A stretch of 11,950 nt of DNA from an archaeon (GCA_035357435.1 DAOPNM010000016.1:1-11950), one strand, 5' to 3'. Counted from the first letter of the stretch, positions 1 to 6,805 are shown. Numbers and translations are program-made. Notes: generated by a model from the letters alone, not told the origin.

Positions 1-199
1 GTCTTAGTTTGTCCATATTTGATTTATCATACCATCCAGTATTCATTTTTGTTTTATATATATTTGGTTTTTCATTATTTTTATAAAATTCTTTTAAAAT
101 ATAGGATGGGTAGATACATTTATATCCAAAATGGTTTGCTATATTTTTTGCTAAGTAACTTTTTCCAGATGCAGAGTATCCACCAATTAATATTATCAT
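1..199 (-). CDS. P-loop NTPase, small nucleoside/nucleotide-kinase-like protein (N-terminal 66 codons only; continues past the left edge)
   Basis: Absent from the ORF track because there is no stop in the window. The reverse complement from the ATG (197-199) reads MIILIGGYSASGKSYLAKNIANHFGYKCIYPSYILKEFYKNNEKPNIYKTKMNTGWYDKSNMDKLR and stays open to position 2. A beta-strand plus Walker A (GxxxxGKS) at the extreme N-terminus is the layout of NMP, uridine and PRK-type kinases. An SD-like GTGAT lies 5 nt upstream (206-210). The + ORF 19..243 is its antisense shadow. Confidence 0.6.
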   Translation of the reverse strand, partial: MIILIGGYSASGKSYLAKNIANHFGYKCIYPSYILKEFYKNNEKPNIYKTKMNTGWYDKSNMDKLR

Positions 200-284
200 T
201 ATATATCACAATGATTTATATTTACAATATATTTAAAAATTGAATTGACACTATATTGATAATGTGTATTTTTGGGATGATATT
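200..284. promoter_or_regulatory. Divergent promoter region between the kinase-like gene and RuBisCO
   Basis: 85-nt AT-rich spacer between divergent starts. TATA-like TATTTAAA lies at 230-237, which would put a + strand TSS near 260. TTTATATTT lies at 215-223 for the minus-strand gene. Motif-level call only. Confidence 0.35.
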
Positions 285-1580
285 ATGGGTGTACAGAATT
301 ATAAATTAAATTATATTGATCTTAATTATAAACCAAGTAATACTGATATTATTGTAGAATATTATTTGGAACCAGAAGATGGTGTTTCTTTTGAAGTTGC
401 TGCAGAAAATGTTGCTTTAGAGAGTAGTATTGGTACCTGGACAGATTTGACTACTGCAATGCCATTGGAAAGGGCAAATAAATATAAACCACGTGTTTTT
501 TTTATAGATAAAAAAAGAGGAATTATTAAGGTTGCTCATCCTATTGTTCTTTTTGAATTAGGCAACATTTCTCAGTTATTAAGTGCAATTGCAGGAAATA
601 TTTTTGGGATGAAGCTTTTAAAAAATTTGAGATTAGAAGATATTTCTTTTCCAGAAGTTTATTTAAATTCTTTTAAAGGACCAAGTTTTGGTGTTCAAGG
701 AGTACGTAAGCTTGTTGGTGTTTATAATAGACCATTAGTTGGGACAATTATTAAACCAAAAATTGGTTTGACAAGCAAAGAACATGCAATTGTTGCATAT
801 AATGCATGGATGGGTGGCTGTGATGTTGTTAAAGATGATGAAAATTTAACAAATCAGTCTTTTAATAAATTTAATACAAGAATAAAAGAAACATATAAAT
901 TATTAAAAAAGGCAGAGAAGTTAACTGGAAGCAAAAAAATATATTTACCAAATGTGACAGCAGAAACAAAAGAAATGTTAAAACGGGCAAAGTTTGTAAA
1001 GAAGAATGGAGGCACCCATGTTATGGTTGATATTGTAACTGTTGGTTTTTCTGGGTTACAAACTCTTAAAAATGAATGTGATAGATTAGGTTTAGCAATT
1101 CATGCCCATAGAGCAATGCATGCAGCATTAACAAGAAATAAGAAACACGGTATTTCTATGTTGGTTCTAGCAAAGTTATCTAGGTTGATTGGTGTTGATC
1201 AGATACACATAGGTACAATTGTAGGAAAAATGGAAGGACAAAAGCAAGAGGTTCTTGATATAAAGAATGAAATGGAAAATAAAGTTATTCAAGAAAATCT
1301 AAATAATCATGTGCTTTATCAAGATTGGAAAGATATAAAACCTTGTTTTGTAGTTGCTTCGGGTGGTCTTCATCCTGGTAATGTTCCAGATCTTTATAAC
1401 TATTTTGGGAAAGATGTGATAATACAAATGGGTGGAGGCGTACATGGGCACCCTTCAGGAACATTAAAAGGAGCAATGGCTGCAAGGCAAGCAATTGATG
1501 CAGTTGTAAAGAAGATTCCTTTAAAGAAATATGCAGAAACTCATTCTGAGTTATTGCTAGCATTAAACCATTGGAGTTAA
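285..1580 (+). CDS. rbcL: Ribulose-1,5-bisphosphate carboxylase/oxygenase large subunit, archaeal form III type
   Basis: Collinear along the whole length with Thermococcus-type form III RuBisCO. All signature motifs are present: ESSIGTWT, GNIFGMK, GTIIKPKIGL (K175/K177 equivalents), KDDENL (carbamylated Lys plus Mg ligands D and E), HAHRAMHA, IHIGTIVGKMEG, ASGGLHPG, MGGGVHGHP. The ORF track starts at a GTG (264). The ATG at 285 gives an N-terminus of the usual length, so it is preferred, but 264 is not excluded. Confidence 0.95.
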   Translation: MGVQNYKLNYIDLNYKPSNTDIIVEYYLEPEDGVSFEVAAENVALESSIGTWTDLTTAMPLERANKYKPRVFFIDKKRGIIKVAHPIVLFELGNISQLLSAIAGNIFGMKLLKNLRLEDISFPEVYLNSFKGPSFGVQGVRKLVGVYNRPLVGTIIKPKIGLTSKEHAIVAYNAWMGGCDVVKDDENLTNQSFNKFNTRIKETYKLLKKAEKLTGSKKIYLPNVTAETKEMLKRAKFVKKNGGTHVMVDIVTVGFSGLQTLKNECDRLGLAIHAHRAMHAALTRNKKHGISMLVLAKLSRLIGVDQIHIGTIVGKMEGQKQEVLDIKNEMENKVIQENLNNHVLYQDWKDIKPCFVVASGGLHPGNVPDLYNYFGKDVIIQMGGGVHGHPSGTLKGAMAARQAIDAVVKKIPLKKYAETHSELLLALNHWS

Positions 1581-3292
1581 TTATTTTTTTCTTCAATTTT
1601 TTCTTTTAAATAGTTTATATACATTTCTTTTGAAAATTGAGATTCTTTTTCATGTTTTGTAATTAAATTTGTTATTTTTTCAAGTAATAAATTTGTTTCT
1701 AGTATATGTGGCATTATTACAAAATCAGCTCCATTTTCATATAGTTTCAATGCTTCTTTTTCTGTGTTTGCACGTGCGTATATTTTAATTTTTGGATTTA
1801 TTTTTTTTGCAGTTTTTAAAAATTTTATTGTTGTTTCAAATTGTGGAATAGTTATTACTGCAAGTTTTGCTGTTTGTATGTTTAGTATGTTTATAGTTTC
1901 TTCAAAGTTTATATCTCCACATATTGTATTAATTTTTTTGTTTATTAATTTTTTTGTTTTCTCTGGATCATAATCTACAATTATTAGTGGGATTTCTTTA
2001 TATTTTGCAAGTACCTTTTGAATTGCATTGCCCAATGTGTCTGCCCCAATTAATATTATATGATTTTTTATTTGTTTTGGTGGATTGTTGTATTCATTAA
2101 TTTTTCTATTAAAATATTTTGAGTTTTCTAGATTTAGTTTGTTGAAAAGTGGTTTAAATAAGTTATATATTTTGTTATCATATTTCATAATATATGGAGT
2201 AATTAGCATAGATATTGCAGTTATTACTATTATTGCTGAATATTGGCTGTTAGTAATGTGATTTAGTGTAAATCCTTGCATTGCTAATATTAATGAAAAT
2301 TCAGATACTTGTGTTAACTCTAATGATATTTTTGTTGCAATCCTTGTACCATATCCTGCCCATATTATTTGTATAAAATGAACTATTGGTTTAAATAAAA
2401 ATATCATTATAAATAAAATTAAAAGTAATATGTAATAATTTGCAGAAAAATTAAATGTCAATTGTAATCCTAAAGACACAAAAAATATCATTGAAAATAA
2501 ATTTCTTAAACCAGAAATGTTGTGTGTGATATTTATATTATATGGAAAAATAGATATTGCAAGTCCTCCTATAAATGCACCAACTGCTATTGAAAAGTTC
2601 AATAGATACGATAATAAAATAAAGATTGCTGCACTTGCAACACTTAATAAGAAAAAGCCTTCTTGTGATCCAAAGAGGTTTTTAATTAGTTTTGGGTAAA
2701 TATGTTTATATAAAATATATGCAATTACAATTAATATCCCTACTTTTAATAATACTTCTCCTACAACACCTATTGAAAAATTTGTTATATCTTTGAGTAA
2801 AGGCATAATTATGACTGCTATTAAATCTTCAACTAAAAGTATTATCATTGCTATTTTTCCGTGTAATGAATTTATTTCATTATTGTCAATAAGTATTTTT
2901 GCAACAACAACAGTAGAGCTAAATGAGATTATACAAGAAAGATATAAACTTTGTATCCAATTTATTCCAAATATGTTTTTACATATTAGAAATGTAAGAA
3001 ATCCAAATATAAGATTTATTAATGGAACTAAATATATTGCTTTATTAAATTTTTTTGTTTCTTTAAAATCTATATTTATCCCAACTGTAAACAATAAAAA
3101 TGCAACACCTATTTCTGAAAGAAGGCGTATATCTGGTGTATTTTGTATTATATTTAAGACCATTGGCCCTAATATTATCCCTGTAATGATATATGCTAAC
3201 AGTGGTGGTTGCTTTAGTTTGTTGAATATATATGCAATTAATGTTGCGAAGATTAGTATTATACAAACTGAAATTAAAATGTTTTGTACCAT
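1577..3292 (-). CDS. Kef/CPA2-family monovalent cation:proton antiporter with C-terminal RCK (TrkA-N) domain
   Basis: About 380 aa of multi-pass hydrophobic sequence with the typical Kef start (MVQNILISVCIILIFATLIAYIFNKLKQPPLLAYIITGIILGP). A Rossmann-like RCK module follows (HIILIGADTLGNAIQKVL...IIVDYDPEK...GDINFEE...IYARANTEKEALKLYENGADFVIMPH). The ORF-track start at 3409 is a TTG that adds 39 non-conserved residues. The ATG at 3292 is preferred: a palindromic TATA core TTTATAAA (3315-3322) lies about 27 nt upstream and there is no SD, which suggests a leaderless mRNA. Confidence 0.85.
   Translation of the reverse strand: MVQNILISVCIILIFATLIAYIFNKLKQPPLLAYIITGIILGPMVLNIIQNTPDIRLLSEIGVAFLLFTVGINIDFKETKKFNKAIYLVPLINLIFGFLTFLICKNIFGINWIQSLYLSCIISFSSTVVVAKILIDNNEINSLHGKIAMIILLVEDLIAVIIMPLLKDITNFSIGVVGEVLLKVGILIVIAYILYKHIYPKLIKNLFGSQEGFFLLSVASAAIFILLSYLLNFSIAVGAFIGGLAISIFPYNINITHNISGLRNLFSMIFFVSLGLQLTFNFSANYYILLLILFIMIFLFKPIVHFIQIIWAGYGTRIATKISLELTQVSEFSLILAMQGFTLNHITNSQYSAIIVITAISMLITPYIMKYDNKIYNLFKPLFNKLNLENSKYFNRKINEYNNPPKQIKNHIILIGADTLGNAIQKVLAKYKEIPLIIVDYDPEKTKKLINKKINTICGDINFEETINILNIQTAKLAVITIPQFETTIKFLKTAKKINPKIKIYARANTEKEALKLYENGADFVIMPHILETNLLLEKITNLITKHEKESQFSKEMYINYLKEKIEEKNN
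1581..1607 (+). terminator. Oligo-T tracts immediately after the RuBisCO stop (archaeal-type termination signal)
   Basis: T7 (1584-1590), T6 (1597-1602) and T4 (1604-1607) lie directly downstream of the TAA at 1578-1580. These tracts sit inside the 3' end of the convergent antiporter gene, whose A-rich codons read as T-runs on the + strand. Confidence 0.3.
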
Positions 3293-3398
3293 AGATTCAT
3301 CAAAAACAAAAATGTTTATAAATATATTGTAGTAAATATTATTATTTAAATAAACACATTTTTTTTTGGACAAACAATTTTTTAGATCATGATAAGAT
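3293..3398. promoter_or_regulatory. Divergent promoter region (antiporter / HTH gene) with two palindromic TATA elements
   Basis: TTTATAAA (3315-3322) and TATTTAAATA (3343-3352) are both perfect palindromes. The second lies 51 nt from the antiporter ATG and 47 nt from the HTH-gene ATG. Confidence 0.4.
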
Positions 3399-3812
3399 AT
3401 GTTATACAAAGATGTTTTAAATAATCAAAATAAAATAAATAAATTAGATCGAAACTGTGAAACCTTACATGTAACAAAACCATTTTCTAAGAAAACCTTT
3501 GTAAATATTTTTGCACATTGTAAGCATTTAAAGACAATAACTCTTTCTTTATCTACAAAGGAAAGATTAAGTAAACCTGTAAAAGACTATCTTAAATCTA
3601 AGCATGTTCTTTTGCAAGTAAAAAAAACACAAGGTAGACCTATAGGTGTTCCTTTAGTTAAATTAGAAAAAATATTGTCTATGTATAAAGATTATTCTTA
3701 TAGAGAGTTATCTGAGAAGTTAGGTGTTCCAAAAAGTACAATCCATTATATTATAAAAAAGGCAAAAAAGCAAAAAATAAAAGATGACAATAAAATAGTT
3801 TATTTAAAATAA
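3399..3812 (+). CDS. Small helix-turn-helix DNA-binding protein (resolvase/HTH_7-like C-terminal HTH; N-terminal domain not identified)
   Basis: 137-aa ORF with an ATG start. The C-terminal segment GRPIGVPLVKLEKILSMYKDYSYRELSEKLGVPKSTIHYIIKK has the GRP...(helix)...S-x-R-E-(I/L)-x-x-x-(L/F)-G-V-x-x-S-T-(I/V)-x-x pattern of resolvase-type HTH domains. There is no recombinase catalytic domain. Confidence 0.6.
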   Translation: MLYKDVLNNQNKINKLDRNCETLHVTKPFSKKTFVNIFAHCKHLKTITLSLSTKERLSKPVKDYLKSKHVLLQVKKTQGRPIGVPLVKLEKILSMYKDYSYRELSEKLGVPKSTIHYIIKKAKKQKIKDDNKIVYLK

Positions 3813-3819
3813 ACTATTT
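3793..3819. terminator. Perfect 27-nt palindrome (13-bp arms, 1-nt centre) across the convergent stop codons of the HTH gene and pfdB; candidate bidirectional terminator or binding site
   Basis: The sequence is AAATAGTTTATTT-A-AAATAAACTATTT. All 13 pairs were checked by hand, from 3793/3819 in to 3805/3807. It covers the TAA at 3810-3812 (+ gene) and overlaps the TAA at 3818-3820 (minus gene). On the minus strand it is followed by T4, T4, T6, T6 and T6 runs (+ strand A-runs in 3755-3795). On the + strand a T8 follows near 3850. Confidence 0.4.
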
Positions 3820-4195
3820 ATGCAATTGCTGCATCTATTTCATCATCATTTTTTTTAGTAGATGTTTTTTCTTTTGTTTCTTCTGTTTTTCTACCTAGTT
3901 CATTTAGTTTTTTTATAATTTCACTTTCTTGTTTTTCCAAAGTTTTTAATTTAAGGGTTGTGGTTTCTATCATTTCTTTTGTGTTTTTTAATACTTCATC
4001 TTTGTCAGAAAGAATGAATATATTTCCTATTCCCTTATATACTTTTTTTTCTTTACATTCTTCCAATTCTTTGATTGTTGTTTCTAAAATGTTTTGTTGA
4101 ATTTGTAGTTGTTGTCTTTGGTTTGTAATGTGAAATAAATGTTGTCTGTATTCATTTATTTTGTTTTCGTTAATTTTTTTGTCTTCTTGTGTCAT
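3818..4195 (-). CDS. pfdB: Prefoldin beta subunit
   Basis: 125 aa with two coiled-coil arms flanking the hairpin motif KKVYKGIGNIFILSDKDEVLKNTKE, which is typical of archaeal PfdB. GAGGTGA SD at 4201-4207. The ATGA start/stop overlaps pcc1. It occupies the terminal position of the conserved superoperon. Confidence 0.85.
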   Translation of the reverse strand: MTQEDKKINENKINEYRQHLFHITNQRQQLQIQQNILETTIKELEECKEKKVYKGIGNIFILSDKDEVLKNTKEMIETTTLKLKTLEKQESEIIKKLNELGRKTEETKEKTSTKKNDDEIDAAIA

Positions 4196-4443
4196 AAATT
4201 CACCTCATATATTTTTTTTATTAGTTCTAATAGATTTATATAATTATTAATACATGCTTTATATGCAATAATATCTTTTGCATATATTTTTATTGTTAAT
4301 GTTTTTTTATTTTTGTCAATTGTTATTTTTGAATCAGATCTATTATATTCTTTTCTTTTCATTTCAATTTCTAGAAGTTTTTTTAGTTTTTCTGGATTTT
4401 GTGTCATTATTTTAATTTCTGAACTAATTATGTTTTGTATCAT
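4192..4443 (-). CDS. pcc1: KEOPS complex subunit Pcc1-like protein
   Basis: 83 aa. RSDSKITIDKNKKTLTIKIYAKDIIAYKACINNYINLLELIKKIYEV aligns by eye with Pyrococcus Pcc1 (RSEIDFKLEGKKIILDIKATDSSALRGTVNSYLRWIKAALDVIEV). It sits at the expected position between Brix and pfdB. It overlaps the Brix gene by 20 nt. An alternative ATG at 4407 would truncate the first beta-strand. Confidence 0.75.
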   Translation of the reverse strand: MIQNIISSEIKIMTQNPEKLKKLLEIEMKRKEYNRSDSKITIDKNKKTLTIKIYAKDIIAYKACINNYINLLELIKKIYEVNL

Positions 4444-4918
4444 TTTTTATCTCATTTATTTGTTTAATTTTTATTTTTGTCCCTAAATATGTTTCATTTT
4501 TTCTAAATTCATAAACATTTGTTTCTTGTGTAGGAAATAGCCCGTATTTTGCAGTTTCAGAAATATATTTTTTATTTAAATAATAAAATATTTCTTTTGG
4601 CACATTTATTTTTTCTTTTTTTAAATTTTCTATTTTTGAAAATGGTATAAAGTGTCTTAAATCAATTATTTCCCAAATTTGTTCTTTTTCTGGATAATAT
4701 TGTTTTTCTTTTAGTTTGTATATTTTTAAAGATATATCTTTTTGTTTATTTGAACATATTAATATATATTTATTTCCTAAATATTGTGAATTATCATAAA
4801 TTTTAGAAATTTTTGTATTCCCTCTAGGAATATATGTTGTTTCTGGAATAAATTTAGAAAAATATCTAGCAAATCGTTTTGTTCTTTGATTTGCATGTTT
4901 TGAACAAACAATTTCCAT
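4424..4918 (-). CDS. Brix-domain (Imp4/Mil-like) ribosome-biogenesis protein
   Basis: 164 aa. The N-terminal CSKHANQRTKRFARYFSKFIPETTYIPRGN matches the archaeal Brix signature (TTSRxPSxRxRxFxKxLxxxIPxxxxxxRG). Conserved superoperon position after rpoP. Confidence 0.75.
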   Translation of the reverse strand: MEIVCSKHANQRTKRFARYFSKFIPETTYIPRGNTKISKIYDNSQYLGNKYILICSNKQKDISLKIYKLKEKQYYPEKEQIWEIIDLRHFIPFSKIENLKKEKINVPKEIFYYLNKKYISETAKYGLFPTQETNVYEFRKNETYLGTKIKIKQINEIKNDTKHN

Positions 4919-4924
4919 TTTTAA

Positions 4925-5053
4925 TCAATTGGCTTTAATTGTCTTTTTAATTGGCTCTCTTTTTTTATAAAATATTCTAGACCCACAATGTTTGCATTTT
5001 CCATTTTCAGGATATGTTTCATATTCTGCTTTACATCTTCCACAATAGTACAT
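4925..5053 (-). CDS. rpoP: DNA-directed RNA polymerase subunit P (Rpo12/RpoP, RPABC4 homologue)
   Basis: Absent from the ORF track because it is only 42 aa. Hand translation gives MYYCGRCKAEYETYPENGKCKHCGSRIFYKKREPIKKTIKAN, followed by TGA at 4925-4927. It has a CxxC...CxxC zinc ribbon followed by (I/L)xYKxR. Its ATG lies 2 nt after the eL43 stop, and its stop lies 6 nt before the Brix ATG. This is the canonical position in the superoperon. Confidence 0.85.
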   Translation of the reverse strand: MYYCGRCKAEYETYPENGKCKHCGSRIFYKKREPIKKTIKAN

Positions 5054-5055
5054 AT

Positions 5056-5301
5056 CTATTCACTTATTTCCTTTTTTTTGGTATCCAATCTATATGCGTC
5101 TCCAGATATTTTGGTATTACATTTTTTACAAACATATATACCTGTTGCTATTTTTTTTATTTTTCCTTTATATCCGCAATTTGGACAGACATATTGTTTT
5201 TTTTCTTTATTTGTAGGGGTTGCTAAAAGGTATTTTTTTCTTATGCCTCTTCCACCTCTTACTCCAAATTTTCCAGTTTGTTTTACTTTTTTTGTACTCA
5301 T
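5056..5301 (-). CDS. rpl37ae: Large-subunit ribosomal protein eL43 (L37Ae)
   Basis: 81 aa. TKKVKQTGKFGVRGGRGIRKK followed by the zinc ribbon CPNCG...GIYVCKKCNTKISGDAY is the eL43 signature. Confidence 0.92.
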   Translation of the reverse strand: MSTKKVKQTGKFGVRGGRGIRKKYLLATPTNKEKKQYVCPNCGYKGKIKKIATGIYVCKKCNTKISGDAYRLDTKKKEISE

Positions 5302-5307
5302 TTTATT

Positions 5308-6111
5308 TCACATTTTTATATATTTTAAAATTTCTTTTTTTATCTCACCATATTTTTTTAATGCAATATCTGTCATTTCTAAAATTTCTTTTTGTGTAAA
5401 TGTTCCGCTTTTACTTTTTTGGCAAGAAACAATTTTATCTTCACAAATACCTATTGAGAATCTTGTTGTTCCTGCATCTTCTTCTTTATCTGTTGGGTCC
5501 AAAACTATTTTGTTTTCTATTTTTTCAAAAGTAAATGATAGTGGAATTTTTTTTATATTTAGTTTTTTGTCACTATATTCTCCTTTTATAATTTTATTGT
5601 TTTCATCTATTTTTGGTATTTTGGCATCAAGTAATGCACAAATACTTGCTATTTCTGTTGCATCAATTATATTTCCTGCAGCATTTATTGCATAGCAGTC
5701 AATAAATATTAATAATACTTTTTCTCCAGGAATTATACAAAGATCTTTGAAATCAATAATTTCTGCAGATCTAATTACTCTATCTGCAATTCTTCCATAT
5801 TCCATTGCTTCCAATGTTGGTGGCCCTGTGAAATATTCTGGTGATGCAATTCCTGTTAGTTCAATATTTAAGGTCATGCTTCCTTGATCAGGAGAGTCTG
5901 GATATGGTTCTCCTATTTCAAATTTAATTCCACATACGACTTCTGTATCTCCTATCTTTACAATTGCAGAACCATCTGCCCAATTTAATCCACCTTTTTT
6001 TATTTCTATTTTTCTAAATTCATCTAGCTTTCTTTTATCTAATCTTTGCCCACCCGCTTTTATTGCATTTTTAACTTCTTCAGCATATAATGTGTTTATT
6101 ATTTCATTCAT
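5308..6111 (-). CDS. rrp42: Exosome complex component Rrp42 (RNase PH-like, non-catalytic ring subunit)
   Basis: 267 aa, collinear with Sulfolobus Rrp42 (RxDxRxxDExRxIxI...ADGSAxVKxGxTxV...GPP...IDxxxLxIxPGxxVxxxxIDxYxxxxxGNxxDA). 8-nt overlap (ATGAATGA) with rrp41, with GGTGA embedded in the rrp41 3' end. Confidence 0.88.
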   Translation of the reverse strand: MNEIINTLYAEEVKNAIKAGGQRLDKRKLDEFRKIEIKKGGLNWADGSAIVKIGDTEVVCGIKFEIGEPYPDSPDQGSMTLNIELTGIASPEYFTGPPTLEAMEYGRIADRVIRSAEIIDFKDLCIIPGEKVLLIFIDCYAINAAGNIIDATEIASICALLDAKIPKIDENNKIIKGEYSDKKLNIKKIPLSFTFEKIENKIVLDPTDKEEDAGTTRFSIGICEDKIVSCQKSKSGTFTQKEILEMTDIALKKYGEIKKEILKYIKM

Positions 6112-6805
6112 CTAATTCACCTTCTATTGGATATTTTTCTAATAATGCTTTTTTTTGTAGTTCATATACTTTTTCTGAGCCTTTTGTAGCCATCTCTATA
6201 ATTGTTTCCCATTGTTTCCTGTCTACATTTCCATCCATTTGTAATAATACAATTTCTTTTTGTGGCATAAGTAGTGCAAGAGGCATATCTGTAGTTCCTT
6301 CTGTTGCTTCTTCTTCATACATTAAATCTAAAACACATTCTTTGTTGACTACCCCTGCAGCAACTGCACTAATTAATCCTTTCATAGGAATTCCTGCATT
6401 TGCACATGCAACAGATGCAGCAGTTAAGGCTGCTACTCTTGTTCCGGCGTCTGCAGATAGTATAATTGTATCAATATCTATTACTGTGTTTGGAAATTTT
6501 TCTACAAATATTGCAGATTCTAATGCTTGCCCTGAAACCAAAGAAATTTCTTTTTCTCTTTTTCCAGGAACTGGTGCTTTTCTTTCACTTACAGAAAATG
6601 GTGCCATTCTATATCTATAATCAATAATTGCTTTTGTTTCATCTCCTAAATGTTTTGGGAATATTGGTTTTGGGCCATGTACTGTTGCTAATACTGTGTT
6701 TTTCCCCCATTCTAAATAGCATGATCCATCTGCATTTTTAATAATGCCAACTTGTATTTTTATTGGCCTTAATTCATCATTTTTTCTACCATCATATCGT
6801 GTCAT
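6104..6805 (-). CDS. rrp41: Exosome complex exonuclease Rrp41 (RNase PH-type catalytic subunit)
   Basis: 233 aa. DGRKNDELRPIKIQVGIIKNADGSCYLEWGKNTVLATVHGP, the phosphate-binding SADAGTR motif and the TDMPLA acidic site match active archaeal Rrp41. ATGA overlap with the rrp4 stop. Confidence 0.93.
   Translation of the reverse strand: MTRYDGRKNDELRPIKIQVGIIKNADGSCYLEWGKNTVLATVHGPKPIFPKHLGDETKAIIDYRYRMAPFSVSERKAPVPGKREKEISLVSGQALESAIFVEKFPNTVIDIDTIILSADAGTRVAALTAASVACANAGIPMKGLISAVAAGVVNKECVLDLMYEEEATEGTTDMPLALLMPQKEIVLLQMDGNVDRKQWETIIEMATKGSEKVYELQKKALLEKYPIEGELDE

Noticed and set aside
19-243. 74-aa + strand ORF at the left edge.
   Set aside because: It is antisense to the P-loop (Walker A) gene that reads cleanly on the minus strand from 199. 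The sequence is Tyr/Phe/Ile-rich and low-complexity.
1285-1596. 103-aa minus-strand ORF overlapping the RuBisCO 3' end. The + strand ORFs 1764-1973, 2517-2699 and 2793-3332, and the minus-strand ORF 3063-3266, inside the antiporter gene were treated the same way.
   Set aside because: They are embedded in strongly supported genes, either antisense or out of frame, and have no motifs.
3293-3409. 39-codon N-terminal extension of the antiporter ORF.
   Set aside because: It begins at a TTG and the residues are non-conserved and low-complexity. It would swallow the whole divergent promoter and overlap the HTH gene start. The ATG at 3292 gives the canonical Kef N-terminus.
3399-3812. Possible mobile-element remnant, because the HTH resembles the resolvase C-terminal domain.
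   Set aside because: There is no serine-recombinase catalytic domain, no transposase and no flanking inverted or direct repeats. The flanking genes are intact housekeeping genes.
4988-5695. Long + strand ORF (235 aa), plus similar + strand ORFs at 5014-5226, 6090-6620, 6821-7096, 7588-7914, 7946-8191, 8325-8513, 10248-10784, 11017-11304 and 11519-11794.
   Set aside because: All lie antisense to well-supported minus-strand genes. Their translations are low-complexity and rich in Phe, Ile, Ser and Leu, which is the expected mirror of A-rich Lys/Glu/Asn codons, and they show no recognisable motifs. They are shadow ORFs that stay open because stop codons are rare in that frame.
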